Shown piece by piece: positions 33,596 to 46,500 of a DNA stretch of 64,000 bases. The stretch is taken from the NCBI GenBank assembly GCA_976226885.1, contig OZ320314.1, positions 72,354,001 to 72,418,000 of the forward strand, in the 5' to 3' direction. A program made the translations under genes and the position numbers. Each line of letters begins with the position of its first letter. Position 1 is the first letter of the stretch. A model generated the notes under the pieces. It saw only the letters and a program-made list of their open reading frames with translations, did no database searches and was not told the origin of the DNA. This stretch comes from Iphione sp. A-MEVVRFRX5. Taxonomy: Eukaryota.

Positions 33596-33907
33596 CTATG
33601 GCGTCAGGCCGGGGCGGCCGGTGACGATGGTCGGAGACTGGCTAGAGTGTGGCAGGGCTGGGATGAGGAGAGATCCACATGGTGGCTGGGGGTGCGGCGG
33701 CGGCGGCTGCTGCTGCTGCGGCTGCGGCTGCTGCTGCTGTTGCGGCGGCAGCAGTGCTGGCTGGGCGGGGTGAGGTGGGGGAGGCGGGGGCATGACCGCA
33801 TCGCCCATCTTATTCCTTGCATACTCGATACGGATGCCCCCGCGATCGGAGGAGAGGAGAACTATTCCTTGAAGACGATTCATGGCCTCACTGGCGTAAC
33901 GAAGATC
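33596..33907 (-). CDS. cpo: cpo terminal coding exon (end of RRM2 plus Pro/Gln-rich tail)
   Basis: tttttgctgcag acceptor; [35 protein letters not shown]...; TAG at 33598-33596. Confidence 0.92.
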   Translation of the reverse strand, partial: DLRYASEAMNRLQGIVLLSSDRGGIRIEYARNKMGDAVMPPPPPPHPAQPALLPPQQQQQPQPQQQQPPPPHPQPPCGSLLIPALPHSSQSPTIVTGRPGLTP

Positions 33908-36900
33908 CTGCAGCAAAAAAAACAAAAGAAGCCATTAACGAAAAGAAATACACTGACATGAAACTATTCAATTACTATATGTATAAACAGGGCTCCAACG
34001 GAAGAGCGGATATATTCTAAAATAGATCTATGTACATGTAGGCCTATATACATGTACAATGAAGTTGCGTCAATAGCGCGGCTAATCTGGCTGATGCAAA
34101 AAGTTCCACAATCAAGACAAGGTGATCATCAGTTACTGAAAAAGTCTCAACCATGACAACACTACTGAACCTACAATACACTGCGTCATTCACTATAGGC
34201 ACAAGAGCAAATGTGATAGTGCACCGGGTGGATATTTCACCTAACTGCACTGGAACGAGCATACTCACTGAAAGGAATTGGTGTTGGTGCGCCAAGGACA
34301 AACATACCTGGTATTCAACGAAGGCGACCGGCGATCCACCCTTATTATGCATCCTAAGTCTGCTAAATCCATGGAAACTGGAACCAATCGACAGTGCAAC
34401 ATGAGTCATGGCGACTTTAGCTTTCATTGGACCGGCATCCCCCTTATAAAAGTGTTACTGAAGGTTTCGAAAGGATGTTAATTCAAAATGCAGCCAAGAC
34501 AGCCATTCCATTACCGGCTAATATTAAGCACATCCAAGGTAAAAAAACGACACTTATTAATCTATGTAAAGCAGGTCGAAATAAAGGCTTAGTGTTAGTC
34601 TTTCCATGTAACGTAGATTCTCTCTGCATTCGGTTAAATATCTCGCGTTTTGAAACGTTGATAATTATGGCCTTGACTGTTTGTTTTCTCGATTATGGAG
34701 GGAATACATAAAATGGAATATCAAGCCACTCCTCGTACACCACCGACACTGTCAGTTAGCACCAACACCAAGCCAGACTACGTTCACTACAACAGGTATG
34801 TCACACTTATTTCAGCTGACCAACGAAGTGGCTCAGAGGGGAGGAAATTCAAGCAACTGAAGCCAGAGGCAAAAATGGTTGCTGCGGCAAAATGAAGCTT
34901 GACGTTTTTCATTGTAACATCTTTTATCGATTAGTCCAAAACGTTGAAGCCTTCAGTGGTTGATCAGCTAGTTAGATAAGTTTCAGGGGTTAGGTGAAAT
35001 TAGGTTACCAAGGGTGCCTACAGATGGAAGGTGAGGGACAGGGACAGTCTTAGGGGTCGCGGTAAAAAGCACTGTTGAAACACCACAACTACAACCTGTT
35101 AGATTGTCCACAATCTCCCTTCTGACAATGCGAAATACAGTGGAAACGTAAACCCTGGGAGGATTCTGGTGTAGCGACACTATCGAGAGCATAATTTTTT
35201 GGGAAGATCAGCTCACTAAATTAACTTGGTTATAGCAATGCAATCATTAAAGGCATGTTTACGTGGGTGTGATGGAGGTCAAGATTACATGTGTATTAAA
35301 GATGAATTGCCATGGAGACTGTGGACAGTTTGGTGCAGCACCGCAGGAGACAAGGGACCTCAACTCCGAATCGTGCAATGGTCGCCACGTCACTGTGTAC
35401 TCGCCAAGCGAGATGCTAAATTTCATTCCATTACGCTGAACCTCTTTGTGCTGACCAAGACATCAGTTGCGTAGATTATATAAAAAAATACATAGCACAG
35501 AAAGAAGACTCTGGGATGGTGTTGCATTTTGTTTGCTTTATACAAGTACATCCAAAATCATTTCATGGTGGCAGGAATTTGCTGGCGTCGGTCGCCTGCT
35601 GTGCAGGAGTTGCAAGCTGCGCACAAAATACACAGCGGGCAATTGTTGGGGTCTCCTGGGGCCTGGTGGTGTAGGAAGTGCAGCGAATAGTACCTGCTGA
35701 AGAGATCCTTTAGTTCTTGCTCGGAGCAGAACGGGCCAAGGTTGGCCACAAACAGAGTGGAGCAGGGTGCATTCGACGTGGACGTGCTGTTGCCGATAGG
35801 GCTGCCGAGCATGGGACTAGCAGCAGCCAGGTGGGGGTGTGGCACCACGGTGGGGGTCACGGCAGCGGGGTGGGTCATGTTCATGGGAGGAGGGTGTACC
35901 TGTGAAAACAGCCACGCCCGGCGCTCAGTTTCAAACAAGCAGCAAAGAGACACGCCTATAAAGAGCGGCGTAATCAAGGAGAGCTCTCTCACCACCTCTT
36001 CATTCACCACGGCTGTAAGAGGACGACGGTGAGGTCGAGGAGTTACATAGCATTTTTTTCTGCCTTTCACGCAAGGGCTGGCGCAGACCTGGCTCCAACC
36101 TCAGCCCTTCAGCAGCAATACCCTCTGTGCTGCCACACGCACCGCCGTGCTTTCGGCCCCACCACAGGGATCAAGAATCGCCAAAAGTTCCCCGCCCCCT
36201 CCCATATTTCTTTACTCAAGCAGCCACGGCTGGATTCTGTTTACAAAATTATGCACGGATTGCCGAATGCTTTAAATTCAAATCTCACTTACAAATTCTT
36301 CCATAATTTTGGATCATGTATACCATTAAATACAATCCTCACCAAAATCGTGCTGCTATGCATTGTCTGAGAGCCAGAATGTCGGTTTTGACTGATACCC
36401 GTCCAAGCTCGGCTTGAGAGGGCAAGCGATTTGTGACTACTTTTCAGATTAGTCACTTTAATTACACTTAACAACTATCACTGGTTAGTAATCGGTATTT
36501 TACACCTGCATCCAGGGGACAGGAAAAGGGGTACAGAGAGAATAAGGAATTTAGATACTATTCAACAACTATGGCTTAATATTAAACGTACTCAGAAACG
36601 TTTCGAGAGGTTCCTTGTTTCGTTTGGCATGCAAGGAGTGCGACTCTGGTGAATGAGAAATAATATCAACAGGGACACCTAGGGAAGATGTCTATGCAAT
36701 TGCCAAGGCGTGCAAGGACGCCAAAGCAAAGGCCGACTTCCCGTGGGCGATCTGACCAGGGGGATGCAGACATTTACATCTACGACAGTTGTGGTGACGG
36801 GTGCCAGCATACGGCAGAAAGAGGTTTAGTATTTTAAAAAATGGCAGGGCACACTTACTCCTGGCTGACTTCCCAACATAGCTTGCTGTTAAGGGAAAAA

Positions 36901-37503
36901 AAGAGATAAAACAGTAGGTTTAGTTTCTGGCGTTTGGGGCAGGAAGTAGCGCTAGTCTACATTTGTTTGGAGCAGTCTACTATGCCAATCAACTAAAGTG
37001 TTAAATGGTCATTCACCTGACAAGGTGGGAGAGCAAATGTTATTTGATCTCATACCTTCCTATGTGAGGTAAAGGTGGAATATGGCACATAAAGGAAGCG
37101 CGGGTAGTTAGCATTGTACAAGTAGTTGAGTATATTTGAACATACGCTTGTATTCATATATATGTGAAGAGCAGCAAAGTTTGCAAGATCGGAAACCAAA
37201 CGCATCTTTCACTCGCATATATAATGATAATTTTGTTCTTAAAGCAGTGTATGCTTTCATTAGCAATTCTAAAGGAACGCAGGCCAGGAGGATGCCTTCC
37301 TGGCCTGTGATCTGAGTCACGTCACCCCGAATGGCATGGCATTTGCTGATCTATCACCGACAACTGCTCCCGAGAGGCAAACTGATGAAGGTACCATTAA
37401 ACCCTTAGGGCAGTCTGACCTAGGCTAGACCCAAGGGGCTCACACACTGTTGTAATATGCTAGTTTTTTTCATTTTCCACATGTAACGTCTGTCTACGTC
37501 TCC

Positions 37504-37563
<60 letters not shown>

Positions 37564-40500
37564 GAGCTCCTCTCTAATTCTCTCGCAATCTTTGTTTTCC
37601 TTCAAGCATGCCAATGTCAGGTTTTACTAACTGTACTGATAAAGCATTAAAGCAGCTAAAAGAGGCCTTTAACTAACTTCGACTAAAAAAATCCAAAATA
37701 AAGCTACCTAAAAGCACCATGTTGTCGAGTTTTCGTGTTCTGCTACAATTTATCCTAAAAAAACTCATGCAACCTAATTGCAGAGGTGTCGTATGGTACG
37801 TGAATCAACACACATGCACCCGTACTTCTATCAAGGGTCACGACTATCAGGTTGGGTTAATCCATCTGATTTGACACCTTCACTGGTCTGATCCAGTTTA
37901 AGATGGTCTGGTCGGACCTGTTCACCAAGAAATGTGGCATAAGTACAGATCTCTTGAATAACAATATGATATTACCAGCTGGGAAACTAGAGAAGGGCAG
38001 TATCACATATGCTATGGATGCAATGTTATGCTATCGATAGTTGCAAGCTCAGTGTATACGTTCTTTCCTCATGTGGTGTACTATGACATCCTACTTCTCT
38101 GTGTGAGCTCAAAGAAACAATGACCTGCCAACCTTTTCCCGTTAGATCCTTTAATAATGCTTCCCGTTGTTCGGGCCAGGTGTATGGTGTGACTCTCATG
38201 CAATCCCGCCATAGTTAGCCAGTTGCCATGGGGTCTCCAGTCAACTAATCACTTACCTTTGACTACTCCCATTAATAAATTAAACAGAAGTTAAACCTAG
38301 CATGAGGTCACGCTACCTATAGCTTGGTGTATTAAATGTTCATTCCATTCAACGGCTGTGTGAATACAAATATTGGCTGCTCTTCACATACAAATTGCGA
38401 AAACTAACAATTCTGTCACACTCTAAACATGCTGAGAGCCATTATCTGTTACTGTTATTATGGTATTTCAAATACGATATGATACATCTTTATATCGTGG
38501 CACCTGCGTATAGCACTCTTACTGCAAATACCTACTGCCACCGTTCCGTTATAAAGTGTGTGCGGTGGGAAAATTGGTTATACTGTCCATAGGTTACCGT
38601 TTAAAGCCATCGTCTCGAGAAAGACCAGCCGACCTACACACACGTTTATGCGTGTCTTATATCACGCATTTCTTTAATATATCTCACAAAAGATGACATT
38701 TACCCCTATATTGGAACCTTTAACGAGCGGTTACGAGATCATGTTAACACCACAGCCGTCCTGTGCACAGATGCACTCGGAGAGGCGTTATAAAGACCAA
38801 TCCGTACCGATACCTGAGCTAGCGCCGGGTGCTGGATGAGCGTTGGGTGATGGTGCATCTGCGGGTTCAATTCGGTGTACGCTGCCAGCGGGTGGGTTGC
38901 CCACGTCTCCGGCATACCTGGGAAAAAGGCAGCACCTAACTCTTCTGAAATTAGGAAAAGGGGCGAAAAGAAACACACACAATCAACACACTAGTAGGGT
39001 GAGAGGCACACTAGGTCGGAGAGTGAGTCAGACTACGCAGCCGCGCGCCGGCCGCGCCGCCGTCGCGTCGACTGCTGGCGCCTCCTCGTGGGCGGTCAGC
39101 GGTCAGAGTGCGGCGCGGGCGGCGCGGCAGGAGGACGCTGCGGCCAGTCAGTGCAGACTACTGGATGAGAAGGGAAAAGGCGGAGGAGGAGCAGAAGAGG
39201 GTAAAGGTTGGACCATATTACAACATTACCAGACGGTAGAACGGAGGAGGCAGAGGAGGCGCAGGAGGAAGAGGAGAAAGAAGACCGGTCAGTCGGGGCA
39301 CGCAGTTTATCTATAAATATACAAGGGTCGTTTTGGCCCATACTCATCCCAGGGATCTGTTGGATAAATCAGAAGCACTATAAGGGATACTATCGAGGTT
39401 ATAGACTGGTGCTACACTTAAGTGCAGACAATATGAGCTCAGAGATGACCAAAACACGAAAACCAGCAACACGATACACAGCAGACAACACCATTCCCAA
39501 TACAATCGTTCTAATTCATCAATGTCATTTTTACATAGTCATTTCCCAAAGAAGTGTGCCATCAAAACCCAATCGGTACTGCTGTTTCAGACAAGGAGAT
39601 AATTATAATGGTAAAACATAGTTGCCTGCGGTGTGCCTGTTGACTGTTAATAAAGCATTTATCCGAGCGAAAAATACAGTCTTATATACCCCAATACTCC
39701 ATCTCAAATCAATCTCAAACCCAACACAATGTTAGTTCTAAGGCCAATATCAAGCGTTTAATTGCTATTTTCAAGACTTCACGGAAACGGTCAATGGATC
39801 CCATAAACATACATCATGAATTCTCTGCCTTGAACATTCATGCTAAGTCTCTCAACATATTTTCGGTTATCTCACTAGAATACTGTATATTTCCGAATTA
39901 AATAGCCATTGAATAATACGCATTTAACCTAAACAATCCGACATTAATCATTTACACATACGCAAGCTTCAAATGCAGTTAAACAATTTTTCTAAAAATT
40001 TTCATGGCTATTGCCAGGTACATCTATCGAGTGTAAAATACACCTGTTTACAATGCACCCATCAGAAATGAAGACGGAGAAGTTGAAAATGAATCTACCA
40101 CCAAATACGTGGGTGGAGAAACTAAAACATACAAGCATTCATCCCGTGTACGAAGGTTTATCACAAAGGACCCCCAGGGCTCCTGGTGCAGACCGAGCAC
40201 AAATTGATCGATTGACCTTTATACAGATTTTTTAATTGACCTTTACGTACAGGGTCACCTCCTGGAGGGCACCACAAGTACTGCACCAGCTAGACTACTC
40301 GCACCATGCAGCCCACACCCATGGGGGCTATCTTTACCTCTTAAATCAGGCGAAACATTGCCAAAGAGTCGCGAAGGTGGATGCAGGGAAAAAGGTAATG
40401 ATCTAAAGGATCCTCTTTCGATTGATATAATAGCACCCATTTATACTTGCATAAAACAATACCAAAAGAAAACCTTTACTTTAAGAGAGGGCTACCCTTT

Positions 40501-43500
40501 TGACTTGGCTGACTAATAAAATTTTATTACTATTCCGCCAATGTTGATCTATATATGGACTGCCGGCCTTGACCTAGCAACCGACCAAACACACCATCAG
40601 AAAGCCTCGAATATTCCTCACAGAACCGTATTAGTCACCGGTAACGTTAGAAAAACCTCTTACCGTCGAAAATGAATATTTGACATGGCCACATGTTCAT
40701 GTAGTATTGTGTTAACTATCGTGACAAGAAAAAAAAGATAGAAAATGATCTATATTTGTATAATGCACTTTGGAAGAAGCAACATGCTGGACCAGGGAGT
40801 AACAAAAAACTATTGCATCTAATTTTAAGAGACCAGGCACTTGAATTGCTGTAGCTAGGGAAATTGTCAATTTGCGTGTCGTGCCAAAGGTGTTTTAACT
40901 CGCTTTTCTAAAGCGGTGTAGAGGTGGACGTGGCCTGTGTTGGGGTGGACGTGGCAATAGAGGATGGCATGGCTAAAGGTGGTGTGTTATGGACGGAACC
41001 TTCGGCTGCAGAGGCGGCACAGGACTGGGCACGGGCGATGCGGCGGCGGCTGCGGCGACGGCGGCTGCTGCTGCAGTGGGCATGGGGGAAGGGGAGAGTT
41101 GTGCAGGGGTGTACTTACGTCCAGTGATCGGGTGTACAAGTGTCGGGTGAGTGGCGGCGGGCTGTGGGGACTGCTGCTTCGGCTTCGTCACCTTTGTGTT
41201 GCTCTTAGCAAACTCTAGCCGCAGCGTCTGTGGCAGGTCCGGGTCGAACCGCACGCCCTGCTGGGGGAAACCACCTGTCAGTCATCGGCTCGTCGTCGTG
41301 AGACACGTGCGCGTGCACGGATCAAACAGGTCATCAAGCAGCTAAAGGCAAACATTCTGGACTTGGGCGCAGGGTCCGCCCAGCGTTTGAGTGACCCCGT
41401 GCAAGTCCACCGAGCGAGATTTCCCTTCGCTATTGGCCCGGAAAGACACCATTAACACAGCCCAACCCAGCAATACCCAAGCCTTCTGTTCGTAAGAAGT
41501 CCAAATAGAGATCCAAAATATGTTGTTTTCTATAGAAATGACAAGGGCAAGCTTGCCACTAGCTACTAAGCCATGCATACCGTTTTAAATTCATACTGAG
41601 AACATAATGCATTCAGAGATGATTGACTAATGCCGGGGATGCAATCAAATGAGGTCAGTGATGAGAGGCTGTTAGGTAAGGTCTCCGCTTTGGAAGCGGG
41701 AGAGCGCTGGGTTGAGGTTCCCTATGTTTAAGGAAGGTTTCCCAGGTCAGTCCTTTAGTGAGCTTACAGAAAAGTGCTTTACTTATCGCAATTTGTATTG
41801 ACAGGGTGTCAAGGCACCACGAGGTGAGGGGACGATGACGGAGAGGAGACAGGCAAGGGATTTGCTGGGACTTGGTGCCGTGGACGTCACCAGAAGCTAA
41901 TTAAGGCAGCTGCTGCCCTCCCGGCCCACCCATCGTCCCCCCTATGGAATGGCCCAACTCACCTGAAGGTCTTGCTTGGCAGCCTCCGCGGCACATCTCG
42001 AGCTGAACGTCACAAAGCCTACGGGCTGCAAGAAGCAGAGGGCAACACGTGATCACCACAGGGTCGGCACCCATAATGAAGCAACCATGTCAGTCTCAGC
42101 CTGCCATGGCAGTCCTTACTAAGGACCCGTAGGCATATTTCTGAACACTCTGCTGCTACCCCAAACCCCTACCAACCTCTTACGGCGTTTAGGTGACCTA
42201 TAGTGTGCGTGTTATGAATCGGTTGCTTCACTATGGATGAACATAATAAGTTTGCTCTTCTTACCAGACAGGACCAACATGGTAAAACAGTTCTCCTTCC
42301 TTTAACCTTGCAAATGACGCGTTGTTTATTGTTGTTGATGTCGTTTGATTCATGATGGTGTTTAAATGTAATGAGAGGCAGAGTATTTGTTTAAAAGAAG
42401 AGTAAAAATCAAATATTGTCTTTATTTTTTTGGATGTAGACAGTTTTTTTTTTGAAATTTCAAAACAAAAACTCAGAAATGTGCCCAAGCTATGTCTAGC
42501 TTGAATAGAAAAAAACGCTGAGCAACAGCAGTTAGTCAAAACTAAATTTTAAAAGGACCTTTCACCAAAGCTGAGTTAAAACGATGATTTAATGCGAAGG
42601 AGTAGCATTAGTGGGGTTATGCACCACCGACTAACTTCCCAGAAGATATGTAATGATTTTCAAAATGACTGATGCGGCAAACGTGAGTTCCAGACAAAAG
42701 GAAACGATTCTTCATCAAATGATTAATTATTCGAAAAGTCGATGAAAATGAGAGATGTTGTTTGAAAGGAAAAGAACCAAGTGAAATTTTGAAGAACAAT
42801 TGATGATTAGCCACAGAAACAGTATCCCCATGTTGCGGGAAATTTCATCGACCGATGAAAGGAACGTAAAGAAGTCAAAATTTATCCTGTGTATGGACGG
42901 ATATCATGCAACTGTATTGACAGTCTTCCAGCTGTTGTAGTGAGGCATTTCATTCTCATGTCATGCACCCTTGACCCAAGCAACAAACTGACCTCAACCT
43001 CTATAGAAATTACTGCAATACGATTCCATACTTATTTAAGAAAATTGAACATCTTAGTGTACTTGTCTTAGAAAGATTTTGTCTCGTGAACAGCGCCTAG
43101 AACCTATCAGAAGAAACACGTCGGGCATTCAGACGCTTGCTGATGGGGTGTTGATGTCTTTGGCTGATGGCTTAATCGGCGTTAAGGTCAGTTTGTATGG
43201 TAGACGCCCGTCTTGGCTCGCTCCCGTACCAGTGGTGGCTGTAGCATGCGCCAGGGAGGACGAGCTGACCTGAGATCGGCCTTGGCTGAACCTTGGCACG
43301 ACCTTACAGCCACGGGCGCAGATTATTGCTGGATAGGTATGGTGAATTGGACGCTTGGATGGCAGCTGAATATTGGGGGTAGTTTACATGGAAAGCAAGA
43401 GATAAGGAGTAAAGAAAGAAAAAAATGTTCTCATGGAGCTGGACGGAAATAAGTCGGTGGTGATTAGCATTGGATGATGGTGAATGTGGCTGTCAATGGC

Positions 43501-46500
43501 TTTTTGTTTTTACCTTATGCGAAGTGTTGAAACCAGTGACCCAGTTGTTCTATACAATTTGGGTTTCGCCTACTCACACACACCCTAAAAAATCACCTTC
43601 ATCTAAACCCAGCAGCGTCGGCAGCAGCCGTATGTAAAGGTGATATAGACCATTATCAGCCGTGAACTTGTTATTTTGTACGCCAAGGTCGCCTGAAGGT
43701 CATCTAAGATGGCCTTATGACCTTATGGTAGTGCATATTCATTGTGTCTGTGTGAAACGTAGTGCCGTTGGGATACCTTGGGTGAGGCTCCCGCAAAACT
43801 GAAGCAAACTGAATGGGATATTCTGTGACGACACGTTTGTGACTGTTACGTAAAGTTCATGGGCATTCTCGCAAGGGTCATGAAAATGGCAAGAAAAATA
43901 CGTACATTTCGGATTTTGGGGGGCATTTCCTGAAAACAACAGCCAATGTGGTCAGTATCATACAATATGTGGTATACCTGGGCTTGCTTATCGGGATATG
44001 TCCGGCCTCCAGGGTTCACTATGGCAAGCGGCGCCATCGTGCTAAAGAAACATCAATGAGTCAATACCTGCTACAACAATATGAAACAGGAGTGGAATAC
44101 AAATATATAGACTTTTAGTTTCAAAGTATTTAATCGCCTCTAAACGTGATCGGTTGCACTGTGACATCTGGTGAAAATTTGCTGCTTTATTTAAATACGT
44201 TGCAGTTCTACATTACGTTCAGTGAATGTGAAAAATACAGATATGCGTTCTTAACTGCATGTCTAATTTGGATAAAAGAAATGTTTACAGCGAAAATAAT
44301 ATCTATTGAAATTTTACAACACAAGATACATTGCTTTGCGTTGGTGTAGAGATGTAAAAGACCTAGGATTTACACTAAATAAAAAGTTATTGTAGATTTC
44401 GTGCGACTTATACTGTAAATGTAAGATCAGAAACTGCATGACCTGTTAGAATGTAAAAACAGTGTCCGTCTATGGTATAACGTGTGGAAGGCGATTCAAA
44501 ACGGCTGTAAAACAAATTTGCCGCATAGATAATGTAAGCTAGGTGTGAATCGGTTGGTTGGCCTGCCACTCCCTGAGGGCTGATGAAGTAGGCGTGGTCA
44601 GTGAGGAGAGTGACAGGTAAACCATGTGTGTGGGGTTGCCGGGTGTGAGGGGGATATAACTGGCCGGATAGCTGGATGCTTGTCTTTAGTTGTGTGCCTC
44701 GATAATAAGTGTGAAGTGTATTGGCCGCCTACGAAGGTGACTCATGTCCACACGCGTGGTCATAGAGATGTCATATAAGGTGGGTGAAAGAGCCGACAAG
44801 GCCTGGCAATATGGCGAGTGATTCGAATCAGGGTGCCTGTGAGAGTGAAACCCAAGCACAGTCTAGGGCTGGTAAATTGTAATAATTGTTAGTGAACTGT
44901 CCTCTACAAGATACCAAACAACATCACCATTCATTGTAAACCACTCCCCATCCGGGTTGTACGACGGTAGGAGCTTAACCGAAAACAATATCATTGAATA
45001 TTATTTGTGATTAGTGACTCCTTTCTGGTGACCAACGCACAAAAGTCCTATTTCAACAGTGTTTTAAATCTTATAGTGAAAATTCAAAACGTCTCTTCAT
45101 ATTTGAATTCAATTAATCCACTTCATATTAAAATTATTTTTTGGCAAGAAAAAAGAGGTATGCTGTTGTGGTCGGGGTTGCCTTACGTAAATTAATATAA
45201 AATCGCCAGACTTTCCAATCAGACTCTGGGAGGGGGATCCCGTTTTCATAGCCTATCCGAATGACTGATTTAATTACGGCTTTCATAATCAATAATTTCC
45301 TGCAGAACAGAGCTGGATAGCATTAAACTTTCACGAGGGTCGCCTTGACCTTGTTGCCAGCACGCCGGTGCCGCATGAGAAGAGCGGACAGAAAACACCA
45401 CCCATTCCATCCCACCTTTTAAAGCAGTTTGCCCGTGGCAAAGCCTTGCAAAATCAAATGTTTAATACTCTTCGACGGCCGTTAAAAAATCCTAATTACT
45501 GACGTGCTGAGTTTAACTTATTTTTCAAGCATTCCCCCAAACGGGACTTGCCAACGTCAGAAAGGGCTTTTGGAAAATAAAGAAAAAATCCGGCTGTCGA
45601 TTACCAAAAAAAGGATTGAAGCTATGACTATCAGTAGATTGACTGACCCCAAAATTTCTTGTGTTGGTCACCAGAGGGAGTACGTGAACCATGCAGGTGA
45701 AGGGATACTTACTGAGGTGCTTTTGCCATTTTTGCCAGTGACTTTCAAGAGTGATCCTTCATAGCCCTGCAAATAGTGAGCAGAGAGCGGCAACAGTGCA
45801 GTGCACTCTCAATCATTGGTCCACTCTACTTACATTGGTATTTTTTCCCTGCTTTCCCATCACTTTTAACAAGGAATTTTCATACCCCTAAAAACGGAAG
45901 CAAAACATTTTCAGCAAGGTAATAACATGGTAATGGGTCATGAACACATTTGGTTGTGATCATAGGACATGCAACTGTGAACAACTATGTAGCAACACGG
46001 TTAAATGTGAAAATTATTTTCGGTAAAAATGTCTACCATTCATGCTTTGTACAACAAAAGGTGATCTAACAAACAAGCCACACTGTGTTAATTTTTCTTT
46101 GTTAGGATATATTGTGAAGAATTTGATATCATTGGAAGGGTCGTTATAATAGAAACAGTACACTTTTTGTATATGTTCACAGTTTTATGTTGTCCATGCG
46201 GTCCCTGGGTAGGTGGCCGTGAGGCCCATTTCAATTTTCATGGTGGTTTGAATTTGTGGCTTTTTAAAGTGTGCTGGACCGACCAGATCTTTAAAGAAGG
46301 AAGTGTAAAAGTGTGACTTAATTCATTCAAATTTTGGCTTAATCGAAGAAAAAGGTGAACATTCTGAAAGTATTAAAGGAGTATCGTTTTGATGCTACAG
46401 GAACAAATTAGGGTAATTTCAGCCACTCTGTCTGAATATATTTGCCCTTCAGGTATTCTGCCCTTTCATTGGAATCTCTCTCCGAGAGTTTTCTGCAATA

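Noticed and set aside
41655-41725. tRNA-Pro(TGG)-like anticodon arm (tccgc-tttggaa-gcggg)
   Set aside because: No intact T-loop/B box or acceptor stem; at most a decayed SINE remnant.
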